Assembly: GCF_006345805.1 (NCBI RefSeq)
Contig: NC_043023.1
Location: 2,418,001 to 2,482,000, forward strand
DNA: 64,000 nt
Origin: Octopus sinensis
Lineage: Eukaryota
Reading direction: 5' to 3'
The notes under the pieces are model-generated. The model was not told the DNA's origin. It saw nothing but the letters and a program-made list of their open reading frames with translations, and made no database searches. The position numbers and the translations under genes are program-made. This document shows, piece after piece, positions 24,211 to 37,575 of the stretch; positions within the stretch are counted from its first letter, which is position 1, and each line of letters opens with the position of its first letter.

Positions 24211-25036
24211 TTAATAATAAAGCTAATTAGAAGTGTTATCATGTACATTGTTTTGTCTTGGTATAAAAGATGGGCTACAGCAAATATTCTGCTCAATACC
24301 ACAGATTTGCTTGTCAGTTGTTTGACCATAACCAGTTGAGCATGTCCCTTAGTGGCTGACGATATGTGCATCTCTGATCACGAGCAGAAGTAGTGGGGGA
24401 GTATCATAACCATGAGTTGAGAGGGATTCTTTGGGGTTTGGATAATTCACCTCTGGAAACATATGGGTGGTTCTTTCAACATCCTTAAACAACCCTTATT
24501 CAGGGACCTTTTGAGTGGGATGGGACTGAACCTGGAACCATGTGGTCGGTAAGCAAGCTACTTACCACACAGCCACTCCTGCACCTCCTCATCTCTTAAA
24601 TATAGAACTGTAACACAACACAGAGCCTTGACTGGGAATCGAACTCACTACCTCATGATTGTAAGCCTGATGCTCTAACCACTAGGCCATGCACCCTCAC
24701 AGTACATGGGTCAATGGTAAGAACATTGAGCTTACAGCTTTGAGGTTGTGAGTTCAGTTCCCAGACTGGGCTGTGTGTTGTGTTCTTGAGCAAGACACTT
24801 TACTTCACATTACTCCAGTTCACTCAGCTGTAGAAATGAGTTGCGACATCACTGGTGCCAAGCTGTATCAGCCCCTTTGCCTTTCCCTTGGATAACACAG
24901 GTGGCTTGGAGAGGGGAGGCTGGTATGCATGGGCGACTGCTGGTCTTCTACAAACAACCTTGCCCAGACTTGTGCCTGGGAGGGTAACTTTCTAGGTGCA
25001 ATCCCATGATCATTTGTGTTCAAAGAGGGTCTTTAC

Positions 25037-25103
<67 letters not shown>

Positions 25104-25925
25104 TTAATAATAAAGCTAATTAGAAGTGTTATCATGTACATTGTTTTGTCTTGGTATAAAAGATGGGCTACAGCAAATATTCTGCTCAATACCACAGATT
25201 TGCTTGTCAGTTGTTTGACCATAACCAGTTGAGCATGTCCCTTAGTGGCTGACGATATGTGCATCTCTGATCACGAGCAGAAGTAGTGGGGGAGTATCAT
25301 AACCATGAGTTGAGAGGATTCTTTGGGGTTTGGATAATTCACCTCTGGAACATATGGTGGTTCTTTCAACATCCTTAAACAACCCTTATTCAGGGACCTT
25401 TTGAGTGGGATGGGACTGAACCTGGAACCATGTGGTCGGTAAGCAAGCTACTTACCACACAGCCACTCCTGCACCTCCTCATCTCTTAAATATAGAACTG
25501 TAACACAACACAGAGCCTTGACTGGAATCGAACTCACTACCTCATGATTGTAAGCCTGATGCTCTAACCACTAGGCCATGCACCCTCACAGTACATGGGT
25601 CAATGGTAAGAACATTGAGCTTACAGCTTTGAGGTTGTGAGTTCAGTTCCCAGACTGGGCTGTGTGTTGTGTTCTTGAGCAGACACTTTACTTCACATTA
25701 CTCCAGTTCACTCAGCTGTAGAAATGAGTTGGCGACATCACTGGTGCCAAGCTGTATCAGCCCCTTTGCCTTTCCCTTGGATAACACAGGTGGCTTGGAG
25801 AGGGGAGGCTGGTATGCATGGGTGACTGCTGGTCTTCTACAAACAACCTTGCCCAGACTTGTGCCTGGGAGGGTAACTTTCTAGGTGCAATCCCATGATC
25901 ATTTGTGTTCAAAGAGGGTCTTTAC

Positions 25926-25950
<25 letters not shown>
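24190..25950. repeat. Recent tandem duplication, period ~890 bp
   Basis: 24200-25035 and 25090-25925 are near-identical; both junctions lie in (AAT)n tracts. Confidence 0.93.
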
Positions 25951-25975
<25 letters not shown>

Positions 25976-26271
25976 TGATGATGATGATGATTGAGGACTA
26001 ATTGGATAGAAGCCAAGGCAGAAAGAAAAACCAGGTAGATTCCTGATGTAGGTTATATAAATTGAAAGAGGAAAAGTTTTATTCATACATATTTCTTTAT
26101 TGCCCACAAGGGGACAAACAAGGACAGACAAAGAGATTAAGTCGGTTACATCGATCCCGAAAGGATGAAAGGCAAAGTCGACCTCGGTGGAATTTGAACT
26201 CAGAATGTAACAGTAGATGAAATACTGCTAAGCCTTTCCGCCCGGCACGCTAACATTTCTGCCAGCTCGCA

Positions 26272-27440
26272 ACCTTAAAAGTGTTATTCATATAGCAAGA
26301 ATACACGAAAAGACCTGGCACTCTAGGGAGAATAATTGACTGGGAGTTATGTAGAAAGCTAGGATTTAACCATACTGATAAATGGTATGAAGATGAACCT
26401 TGTAAAGTACTAGAAAATAAGAAATATAAGATGTTGTGGGACTTTAACATTCAGCAAAATTGAAATCGATCAACATCAATGGAAATTGCAGCTGTGATAC
26501 CAGTGCCGGCGGCACATAAGCGAATCATCCAAACGTGGCCGTTGCCAGCACCGCCTCGATGGGCCTCTGTGCCGGTGGCACATAAAAAGCACCAGCCGAC
26601 CATGGCCGTTTGCCAGCCCCATCTGGCACCTGTGCCAGTGGCATGTAAAAAGCACCCACTACACACAAGGAGTGGTTGGCGTTAGGAAGGGCATCCAGCC
26701 GTAGAAACATTGACAGATCAGACTGGGCCTGGTGCAGCCTTCTGGCTTCCCAAATCCCAGTTGCACCGTCCAACCCATGCCAGCATGGAGAACAGACGTT
26801 AAATGATGATGATGATGATATATATATATAGCCTCGTCTGGCATGTAAAAAGCACCCACTACACTCACGGAGTGGTTGGCGTTAGGAAGGGCATCCAGCC
26901 GTAGAAACACTGCCAGATCAGACTGGAGCCTGGTGCAGCCTCCTGGCTTCCCAGACCCCAGTGAACCGTCCAACCCATGCTAGCATGGAAAGCGGACGCT
27001 AAACGATGATGATGATGATGGACAGAGTAATATATTTCTTTATTGCCCACAAGGGGCTAAACATAGAGGCGACAAACAAGGACAGACATAGGTGTTAAGT
27101 CGATTATATCGACTCCGGTGTGTAACTGGTACTTAATTTATCGACCCCAAAAGGATGAAAGGCAAAGTCGACCTCGACAGAATTAGAGTAATAGAAGCTA
27201 GAAGGCCTTATTTAGTAGTAGTAGATAAAGAGGACAGAAAATGCCAGATAATTGACTTTACTGCCCCAAAATAATGAGAGACTTAATACGAAAACTATAC
27301 AGAAAATAGCAAAGTACCAGGACCTGGCCATTGAGTTACAAAGACTTTGGAAAATGGGGGTAAAATGTATCCCTGTAATTGTAAGTGCATTTGTAAGTAT
27401 TCCTAAAGATTTGAGTGCTTCTGTTATTGATATGAATATG
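26272..27440 (+). pseudogene. R4/Dong-like LINE 3' remnant (RLE domain), interrupted by family D and C elements at 26455-27180
   Basis: GRIIDWELCRKLGFNHTDKWYEDEPCKVLENKKYKMLWDFNIQ joins RVIEARRPYLVVVDKEDRKCQIIDF...KIAKYQDLAIELQRLWKMGVKCIPVIVSAF. Confidence 0.85.
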
Positions 27441-27639
27441 TAGAAAGGAGTTATGGAGGGAAATGACGTGATTGGTGTTGCTGTTATGAATAAGTTGGAT
27501 ACTAAAAGAATGGTGTTTTACAATAAGGTAGATGACAGAAATGTTTAAAGACGGAGGAGAACGGAGAATGGGAAAGGATATTTGATGAGAAATTGTGAGA
27601 GACAGGTGACAGGTGACAGAAGATAGAAGGCAAAAGGGC

Positions 27640-29040
27640 AGAAAGTGAAAACAAACAGACGATCGGGAGGAGGAGGAGGGGGAGGGTTGAAAAAAGAAGA
27701 TGAAGAAGTGGAAGGAGGAGGAGAATTGGGAGAGGAAAATTGGAAGAAGAAGAAGAAGAACGACAAGGAGGAGGAGGAGAGGAAGAAGAAGGACAAGAAG
27801 AAAAAGAAGAAGAAGAAGGACAAGGAGAAGAAGAAGAAGAACGACAAGGAAGAGGAAGAAGAAGAAGAAGAAGAAGAAGAAGGACAAGAAGAAGAAGGAG
27901 GACAAGAAGAAGAAGAAGAAGAAGTATTGAAAGAAGAATTGGAAGAAGAATAAGGAGGAGGAAAAGACGGACAAGGAGGAGGAGGAGGAGAAGAAGAAGA
28001 AGGACAAGAAGGAGAAGTATTGAAAGAAGACAAAGAAGAAAACGAAATAGAAGGAAAAGAAGAAGAATGAGAAGTGGAAATGGTGGTTAATGAAGAGGGC
28101 AGGGAAAAGCCGTATATAAAGTCGACTTCCAGATGACAGCAGACGACAGACGAGACAGAGACATAGAGGTAAGCAGACGACAAACACAGAAATAGCAGAA
28201 GACACAATGGAAATTCATTTTGAAAATAAGCAAATAAGAAGACTAGAGATCGTAAATTGAATGAAGACGGAGAAAAACTGAATGAAAAAGATGCTGATTG
28301 CTTCCCAGAAGTCAGAAGGTTGAGACAAAGAAGGACAATGCTGATATTATTGAGAATTAAGCTGTTTCAAAGTAGGTCATCGTCTGTTGTCGATGTTATG
28401 TGTAAGGTTGAGGTGATGAGGTAATGTAACAGTTACTGTGTTATTGTTGTGGGGAAACTTACGTGTTTTATTATGAATGGCGGTATTAAAATGACAAAAG
28501 ATACAATTTAGACGAACTGGAGACGCTTAAAGACAGAAGACGAAATGTGGGATGGACGGATGGATGGGTGGGTGGATGGGTGGATGGGTGGGTGAGTGAA
28601 TAGGTGGATGGGTATGAGAGAAAGCTGTAGAAAAAGAAAGATGATTGTGGTGATGATGAGGATGATGAGGAGGGGGAGGAGGAGGTGAAGAAGAAGAAGA
28701 AGAAGAAGGACAAGAAGAAGAATTGGAAGAAGAAGAAGAAGAAGAAGAAGAAAAAGAAGAATTGGAAGAAGAAGAAGAAGAAGAAGAATTGGAAGAAGAA
28801 GAAGAAGAAGAAGAATTAGAAGAAGAAGAAGTAGAAGGAGAAGAAGAATTGGAAGAAGAAGAAAAAGAAGAATTGGAAGAAGAAGAAGAGAATTGAAAGA
28901 AGAAGAAGAAGGATTAGAAGAAGAAAAAGAAGAAGAAGAAGAATTGGAAGATGAAGAAGAAGAAGAAGAAGAAGAAGAAGAATTGGAAGAAGGAGAAGAA
29001 GAAGAAGAAGAATTGGAAGCAGAAGAGGAGAAAGTGGTGG
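27640..29040 (+). repeat. Purine-rich (GAA)n/(GAAGAATTG) compound microsatellites
   Basis: Direct reading; a similar tract in the opposite orientation lies at 61530-61870. Confidence 0.95.
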
Positions 29041-29555
29041 TAGAGACAGTGGCGGCAGAAGATAAAAACCGAAGACAGTAGGATGTGATAGACAAATGAC
29101 AGAATTACGATGAAAGACAACAGAGGAATTTTCTAAGACTGAAAGAGTCTGGAATAAAGATGGAAGGGAGCAAAAAGACAGACATACACTGATATTTGCA
29201 GGGAGATGGAATCAAAAGGATGCCATCTTAAATATTGGTAACTTAGATTCTTTGAGATTCAACATGGTGGTGGAATTGGTAAATGAAAGTATGTAAGAGA
29301 AGTTTGGAAGCTTGCTTTCCAGCTTCATGGTTCTGGGTTCAGTCCCATTGAGTGGCACCCTGGTCAGGTGTCTTCTATTATAGCCCCGGACCGACCAAAG
29401 CCTTGTGAGTGATTTGGTAGATGGAAACTGAAAGAAGCCCATGTGTGTATGTGGGGGGTGTATTTTGCAAACAAACTTATTGGCGCCATTTGTGTCAGCA
29501 TTCTACCAAGAATAAAGAAATTCATGAATGTAGAAAGGCTGTGAAGACAGCTTTG

Positions 29556-30490
29556 TAGTTCTCAACCAGACTCCATATGATCTTTAAGAGTCCACTTAAG
29601 AATTTTGGGCATTCATGCCACAAAATGGTAAACTGGGGATCCACAATAGTATATTTCAAGGCCCCCTGGAAAAAGTTTAGATGTATGTGTTGGTATGTAT
29701 TACAAGAAATATCTAGGTTTCCTTCTCCAACATTTTACATAGTTCAATCTTCATACATCAAGTGGCTATGGGGACCCAACAGAAAATAATGATCAAAAGG
29801 GCTCCACACAAGCAAAATAGTAAACTAGGGATCCATAATAGTATTTTAAGGGTCCCCCAAAAAATTTTGTTTTAGATGTATGTTTGCAATAAACAGGTTT
29901 CTTTCTGTATCCTTTTACCCAGTTCAACCTAAAGAAATTAATGTGTGAAAAACATTAATTAATAACATTCTATAAAACTAGTTTTTAAACATTGAATGGC
30001 TATAGAGGTCCACCAAAATACAATAATAATTTAAGGGGGTCCAAGCTAGCAAAATAGTAAATTGAGAATCTGTGGTAGTATTTTAAGGGTCCATTCTCTA
30101 ACATTGTTTTAGATGTGTGTATTGGTATGTATTGAAAGAAACAGCTGGGTTTCTTTCTCTAATATTTTACATGGTTCAACCGACACAAGTTAATGGGTGA
30201 AAGCATCAACAAATGATATTCTGTAAAAGTAGTTTTTACACATCAAATGGCTATGGGGATCCACTAGAATAGAACAGTAATCAAAGGGGCATCCACACAA
30301 GCAAAATAGAAAATTAGGGATCTGTGGTAGTATTTTAAGGGCCCCTAAAAAAGTTTTGCTTTAGCTGTATGTATTCTTTTGAAAGAAGGAGCTGTAAAAT
30401 TAGTTTTTAAATACTGAATGGTATGAGGGGCCACCAGAATAAAATAGTAATGAAAGAGGTCCACAAATCAAAAATGGTTTAGAACCCTGT
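29556..30490. mobile_element. hAT (Charlie-like) MITE with internal ~240-bp diverged tandem repeats
   Basis: Begins GTAGTTCTCAACC and ends GGTTTAGAACCCTG, resembling CAG(T/G)GGTTCTCAACC TIRs; a related 5' end CAGTGGTCCTCAAC is at 31246. Confidence 0.55.
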
Positions 30491-31937
30491 TTTAGACAAA
30501 ATAGTAAAATAGGGATCTGTGATAGTATTTTAAGGGCCCCTGAAAAAGTTTTGCTTTAGCTGTATGTCTTGCAAGAAACAGTTAGGTTTCTTTCTTTAAC
30601 ATTTTATATAATTCAACCGACACAAGTTAATGTGTGGTGGAGGTGCTTATCTTCCCTAATTTTTAACCATTGAATGGTTATGAGGGTTCACCTGGATAAA
30701 ACAGTAATCAAATGGGTCCATAGAGAAGTCCTGCTTTATATAATGTTATCCTAGATACACTATGTCTGAATAAAAGATGGGATGGTCACAGCTGGAACGT
30801 TTTTGATCATAGTTCAGCTGGATTAGGACTGACCTTGGGCTAAACAACCACTGTAGCCACTAATACTAATTACATTCGACAATGTACTCCTAGATACACC
30901 TAAACAGCAACAACTATAGCCACAAAAACTAATTTCTGTGCTATATATGAGATAGTGTAGTCCTAGATACACTATGCCTGAATAAAAGATGGGATGGTCA
31001 CAGCTGGAACATCTTTGATCATAGGGCTGTTAAATCAGGACTGACCTGGTGTTAAACAACAACAACAAGAATAGCCACTAATACTAACTCTTATACTATA
31101 CATTAGATAATGTTGTCCTACTTACACTGAATAACAGATGGGATGGCCACAGCTGGAACATCTTTGATCATAGGTCTGCTAGATCAAGACTGACCTGGGG
31201 CAAAGCAACTAAAACCACTTATACTCATTATATTATACTTTAGACCAGTGGTCCTCAACTGGGGTCCGTATGGCCCCTGAGGGTCTATATAAGATTTTTG
31301 GGGGTTCACACAAGAAAATAGCAAATTGAGGATCAACTGTGTGGCACCTTGGGAAAGTGTCTTCTACTACAGACTCGTGCTGACCAAAGCCCTGTGAGTG
31401 AATTTGGGAGATGGAAACGGAAAGAAGCCTGACATATATGTGTGTGTGTGTGTGCATGTGTGTATATTTATGTGTGTGTCTTTGTGTGTGTGTGTGTTTG
31501 CCCACCCACCATTGCTCGGTATCTGATGCTGGTGTGTTTATGTTCCTGTAACTTAGTATTTCAGCAAAGAGAAGTGGGTGGGCACAGAATTAATACTAGG
31601 CTTACAAAGAATAAGTCTTGGGGTTAATTTCTTCAACTAAAACCTTTTACGGTGGTGCCCCAACATGGCCACAGTCAAATGACTGAAACATGTAAAAGAA
31701 TAAAGAATATATATATATATATATACATCTGTAAATGTAATATGTGACAATTATTCGGTAACCATAATAAAAGTCTGAATGTCGGATGTCGGGGTGGAAA
31801 TCCATGCCTCTATCTCTTCAGTTATCCGGCCATCGGAAAAAATGCTATTCTGTAAATATTTCATTTACAGGTAAATTCCTCGATTTACATAATATCGAGG
31901 TCTCTTTTATTCTTTTGTTGTCTTACCATTTCTATCA

Positions 31938-31973
<36 letters not shown>

Positions 31974-31996
31974 TTATACATATATATATCTCTCTA

Positions 31997-32308
31997 TCCG
32001 CTCAGTCGAAGTCGACTCTCGGTTACTCGTTGGATCAGCATCCTCCAGTCAGTTCTATCCTGGGCCGCTTCTTTCAGATTGGCTATGTCCATTCCGATAT
32101 CACTCTTGATGGTGTCAAGCCAGCGGGTTCTTGGTCGGCCTCTTCCTCTCTTGCCACTGACCATTCCGAGCACGATGTCCTTCTCCAGAGATTTTCTCCG
32201 CATAATTTGACAGAAATATGCCAATCTATGCTTGGTGATCCTAGCTTCTAGAGACATTTTCGGCCTGATCTGCTTAAGAACTTCTCCATTGGTGAGCCTC
32301 GCTGTCCA
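31997..32308 (-). pseudogene. RTE-BovB-like LINE 3' end
   Basis: WTARLTNGEVL...SLEARITKHRLAYFCQIMRRKSLEKDIVLGMVSGKRGRGRPRTRWLDTIK...EAAQDRTDWR...VTESRLRL. Confidence 0.9.
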
Positions 32309-32344
32309 TATATACATATATATACACACACGTATATATATAAC

Positions 32345-32376
<32 letters not shown>

Positions 32377-32377
<1 letters not shown>

Positions 32378-32765
32378 GGAAACGGAAGCTCTCCGTCGGT
32401 TATGACGACGAGGGTTCCGATTGATCCGAATCAACGGAACAGCCTGCTTGTGAAATTAACGTGTAAGTGGCTGAGCACTCCACAGACACATGTACCCTTA
32501 ACGTAGTTCTCGGAGATATTCAGCGTGTCACAGAGAGTGACAAGGCCGGCCCCTTGAAATACAGGTACAACAGAAACAGGAAGTAAGAGTGAGAGAAAGT
32601 TGTGGTGAAAGAGTACAGCAGGGATCACCACCATCCCCTGCCGGAGCCTCGTGGAGCTTTAGGTGTTTTCGCTCAATAAACACTCACAACGCCCGGTCTG
32701 GGAATCGAAGCTGCGATCCTACAACCACGAGTCCGCTGCCCTAACCACTGGGCCATTGCGCCTCC

Positions 32766-32766
<1 letters not shown>
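32377..32766 (-). mobile_element. SINE family E, full-length
   Basis: Near-identical reverse complement of 60055-60437; A-box TGGCCCAGTGG and B-box GTTTCGATTCC. Confidence 0.9.
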
Positions 32767-32804
<38 letters not shown>

Positions 32805-32859
32805 ACACACATGTATATATATATATGTATATATGTATGTATATATATGTGTGTATATA

Positions 32860-32915
<56 letters not shown>

Positions 32916-33810
32916 TGATATTAACTGATTTTGAAACCATTTACCTTGCAATACAATATCTAACAACTTGCAGCATCTCAGACTATATATTCTATATATA
33001 TGTCTCTTTTTCCCCCGGATTTTCCTCCATCCTTGTTACATACAGCTTTCAGATTTCAGATTCCTTCATTGTCTCCATGAGAATTTTATTGGGGCCGACT
33101 GTCAGCTCTGCCTGTTGTCCCCGTCACATTTAACTCACTTGTGTCGTCTGTCTTAACTGTTCCTCTCTCTCTTTCTTCTCTCAGCTGCGTCTGTCAGCAA
33201 TCTTCCGCTTCTCCGTCCCAGCTTCGGTCTTGTTCATCTGTCATGTCTTCTGCCGTCTCCATTCTACAATTTTTATGTTGATATTTTCTTTATGGCTTTC
33301 TCCGTCTTCTTCCACCTTGTGTATTTAACGATCTTCTTGTTTCTCCTAAACTCCGTCTCCCCACCAGCCGCCTTTCGAAACGGCATTCATTTTATTAGCT
33401 CTGTAAGTTTTAATGACAATAATTTCTATAAGTGTAGACAGAGCTGTGAGGTTAAGAATCTTGCTTTGCAAACCACATGGCTTCAAGTTCAATCCCACGT
33501 TGCGACACGAATTCTCTGTAAGTGAATTTGGTAAACAGAAACTGAAACAAGCCCATGGCATAAATGAGTTTGTATGTATGTGTGTTGCACCACTGCTTGG
33601 CAACCAATGTTGGTTTGTTTACATCCCTGTAACTTAGCAGTTCAGTAAAAAGGAGTTGACAGAATAAGAACCATTTGTCAAAAAATAAATACTTGGGGTG
33701 ATTTGTTTGACTGTATGTGTCAATGTATTGCTCCAGCATGACCACAGTCTAATGGCTGAAACAAGTAAGAGAAAAAAGAATAAAATATATATTAGTCATC
33801 ATGATCATGG

Positions 33811-33845
<35 letters not shown>

Positions 33846-34649
33846 GTTTAACGTCTGCTTTCCATGCTAGCATGGGTCGGATGATTTTGATTGAGGGCTG
33901 GTGAACCAGATGGCTGCACCAGGCTCCAATCTGATCTGGCAGAGTTTCTACAGCTGGATGCCCTCCCTAATGCCAACCACACCAAGAGTGTAGTGGGTGC
34001 TTTTTATGTGCCACCGGCACAGGGGCCAGTCAGGTGGTACTGGCAACAACCTCGCTTGAATCTTTTTATACATGCCACCAGCACAGGTGCCAGTAAGGCG
34101 ACGCTGGTAACGATCATGCTTGAATGGTGTCTTTTACATGCCACCGGCATGGAGGCCAGGTAGCCGCTCTGGCAATGATCATGCTCGGATGGTGCTCTTG
34201 GCATCCTACTACCACGGGCACAAGTGCCAGTAAGGTGACGCTAGTAACGATCACACTCGAATGGTGCCTTTTATGTGCCACTGGCACGGAAGCTGGTTAG
34301 CTGCTCTGTCAACGATCACACTCGTATGGTGCTCTTTGCATGCTGCTAGCACAGATGCCAGTCATTGAATTTGATTATCATCATTTAACGTCTGTTTTCC
34401 ATGCTGACATGGATTGGATGTTTTAAAAGGAGGCGATAAGCACCAGGCTCCAGTTGCCTACCTTGGCCTAGTCTCTATGACTGGATGTCCTTCATAAACC
34501 CAACCACTTTACGTAGCGTATGTACTGGGTACTTTTTACATAACTCCAGCACAAGAGCTTTTTGGGAATACTGGATCTCAAAGCTGATGATAATATCATA
34601 CATAACAGCATGTGAATATTGAGTTACAAAACCCTTAACGTTCAACTTC

Positions 34650-36300
34650 TTTTGTCCAAAAGATTTATTTTCTTTCAGTTTTGTTCATCTTACTTTAATC
34701 CTCCATCTTAAATATCCGCTTTTCCACTTACCTTCTGCTTCTATCATCTGCTTTCTCTTGTCTTCTTCGCCTCCCTACATTCTGTCTTCTTCTCATTCCT
34801 GACATTACATCTTTATTTTCTACAGTTTACAATTCTGTTCACTTGTGTCAGTCATTATCTATTATTTTCTTTCAGTTTTGTTCATCTTACTTTAATCCTC
34901 CATCTTAAATATCTGCTTTTCCACTTACCTTCTGCTTTCTCCTGTCTTCTTCGCCTCCCTACATTCTGTCTTCTTCTCATTCCTGACATTACATCTTCTC
35001 TATTTTCTACAGTTTACAGTTCTGTTCACTCATCAGATCATCATTGTTCGACAGTGTTCGAGACAATGGAATTTACCATGCTACGCCAGACTTCACGGTC
35101 CATCATGGCATTACGGAGGTCCTGTTGCTGGATGTCTGTATCCCTGGAGATTACATCAGGGTAGGAGAGTGTGCACCCTCTGGTATTGTGAGTAGATGGC
35201 TTCCAGAGGAGAAGAGTAGAAATTACTTCTTTTTCAGCTCTACAACAATGTCCAGCAAACTGGACTCTCCTACCTTTCACAAGAGATGACACAGGTGGTA
35301 GTTTCCCATATATTTGCATTTTGGTTGAATGACGCTTCCACGAGAGATTTTGAGCTCTCATAAGGAGGCGAGTGTATGTTCCATCCAACTGCCTCTCAAG
35401 CTTCTTTGATAACGTCCAGGTTTCTGAGCAATATAGTAGAATTGGTTCGACTGTGGCTTTGAAGATTTCAAGTTTGAAGTCTCTACTTAGATTTGATGAC
35501 CAGATCTTATGCATGTCATTACAGGCTGACCAGGCCATACCCTTTCTAGTTAGAAAGTCTTTTCCAGATGATGATATGTATGACCCAAGATATTTATAAT
35601 CAGAAACCATATTTAAAGGCGCACTATTGAGAGTATGGATGATGCAATCACTGTTGGACAGGCACTTGTTTATGTATTCATACTCTCAACTCTGTTCACT
35701 TGTGTCAGTCATTATCTGTTATTTTTATTCAGTTTTATTCATCTTCCTTAAATCCTCCATCTTAAATATTCGCTTTTCCATTTACCTTCTGCTGCTATCA
35801 TCTGCTTTCTCCTGTCTTTTTCGCCTCCCTACATTCTGTCTTCTTTGTTTTCTGCTCATTTCTCCTCTATTTTCTACAGTTTACAATTCTGTTCACTTGT
35901 GTCAGTCTTCATCTGTTATTTTTATTGAGTTTTGTTCATCTTACTTCAATCATCCATCATAAATATTTTCTCTTCCATTTACCTTCTGCTTCAATCATCT
36001 GCTTTTCCTATTTCCTTCACCTCCCTACATTCCATCTTCTTTGTCTTCTGCTCATTTCTTCTCTTTTTTCTACAGTTTACAATTCCTGTTCACTTATGTC
36101 AGTCTTCATCTGTAATTTTTTTTCAATTTTATTCATCATACTCCAATCTTCCATCATAAATTTCTTCTCTTCCAGTTACCTTCTGCTTCTGTCGGCTCCT
36201 GTTTCTCACTTCTACATTCTTTTATATTCTTCTCTCTAAATTAACATCTCTCTTCCTTTTTTTCCTAACCCCCCTCTTCTTTTCCACCATAAATCTTCAA
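34650..36300. repeat. Pyrimidine-rich ~190-bp diverged tandem units of a dispersed family
   Basis: Unit TTCTACAGTTTACAATTCTGTTCACTTGTGTCAGTCATTATCT...CTCCCTACATTCTGTCTTC repeats about 5 times; reverse copies at 54180-54450. Confidence 0.8.
35031..35690 (-). pseudogene. 5'-truncated RTE/RTE-X-like LINE with a 189-codon open C-terminal frame
   Basis: DYKYLGSYI...KATVEPILLYCSETWTLSKK...RRVQFAGHCCR...DREVWRSMV; (ATG)-type tail; TSD TCTGTTCACT at 35021-30 and 35691-700. Confidence 0.9.
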
Positions 36301-37575
36301 ATTTTCTTCAATCTTCTGCTACCCGTTTCTTCCCGTCTCTCTTCTCTCTGCCATTTTCTATCATTTGCCATCTTTATTTTCTCCTTTCTATATTCTAATC
36401 ACTATATTTTATTAACTATAAAACTTTTAATGATGATCTTATCGAGGAAATATTTTCAAAACTTCTTCCACATCGCTCTCCTATAATACATATCTTTAAC
36501 AATGACAACGACTAGCTGAGTTTGAAACTATTAATTCACAATATAATACTGTATATCTCTTGACATATCTACTTCGTCTACATCTTCAGACATCTGTCAA
36601 TCTATCTCTCTTGAACAATCTTCTATTTTTTCTCTTTTTCACCCATTTTTAACAACATTATTTTACCTTTTGTTGCCTGCCATTTTTGTTCTTTGTCAGT
36701 CACCTGGTTTCCATTGTCGTGGTTTTCTATTCTGTCTTCTACAATTGTCTTTTCTGTTTTCCATTTTTAACCTTTTACCCATCTCGTCTCACTCATGATT
36801 CCCAGGACATATTTCCCCGTCGACCATGCATCATATATGATAGACATTACCAATTCTTTTCAGCCACAAGAGTGGGACTTATGAAAGGAAAATTTTACCT
36901 TTTACTCTGAGCACACGAAACAGGGATTCACTAAATACCTAAAAACAAGAATGGGTTCTAAGGACAGTCATATGAAAATCTTTGGGCATCATCATTATTT
37001 AACGTCCGCTTTCCATGCTAGCATGGGTTGGGCGATTTGACTGTGGGCTGGCGAACCAGATGGCTGCATCAGGCTCCAATCTTGATCTGGCAGAGTTTCT
37101 ACAGCTGGATGCCCTTCCTAACGCCAACAACTCCGAGAGCATAGTGGGTGCTTTTACATGCCACCAGTATGAGGGCCAGTCAGGCTGTACTGGCAATGAC
37201 CATGCTCGAATCTTTTTACACATGCCACCAGCACAGGTGCCAGTAAGGCGATGCTGGTAACGATCCTGCTCGAATGGTGCTTCCTACATGCCACTGGCAC
37301 GGAAGCCAGTTAGCTGCTCTGGCAACGATCACGCTCAGATGGTGCTTTTAACACCCTACTAGCACAGGGCACAAGTGCCAGTAAGGCGACACTGGTAATG
37401 ATCGCACTTGAATGGTGCCTTTTATGTGCCACCGGCATGGAATCCAGTTAGCCGCTCACATGGTGCTTGTGCCTGTCATCGAATTTCACTTTGATTTTGA
37501 TTTTTGCCATAAAACATGCTTGATATCAATGAAATTATAATAGACTACCTTAAAAGCCACACCCCATGCAGACTT

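Noticed and set aside
27336-29120. Long poly-E/K/R/S/F ORFs (also 61496-62852)
   Set aside because: They are GAA/CTT/CAC repeat translations, open on both strands.
31755-31835. Minus-strand CTGAAGA...CGAATAATTGTC in a cassette between TA tracts
   Set aside because: There is no GAAA, and I found no convincing stem I or stem II pairing.
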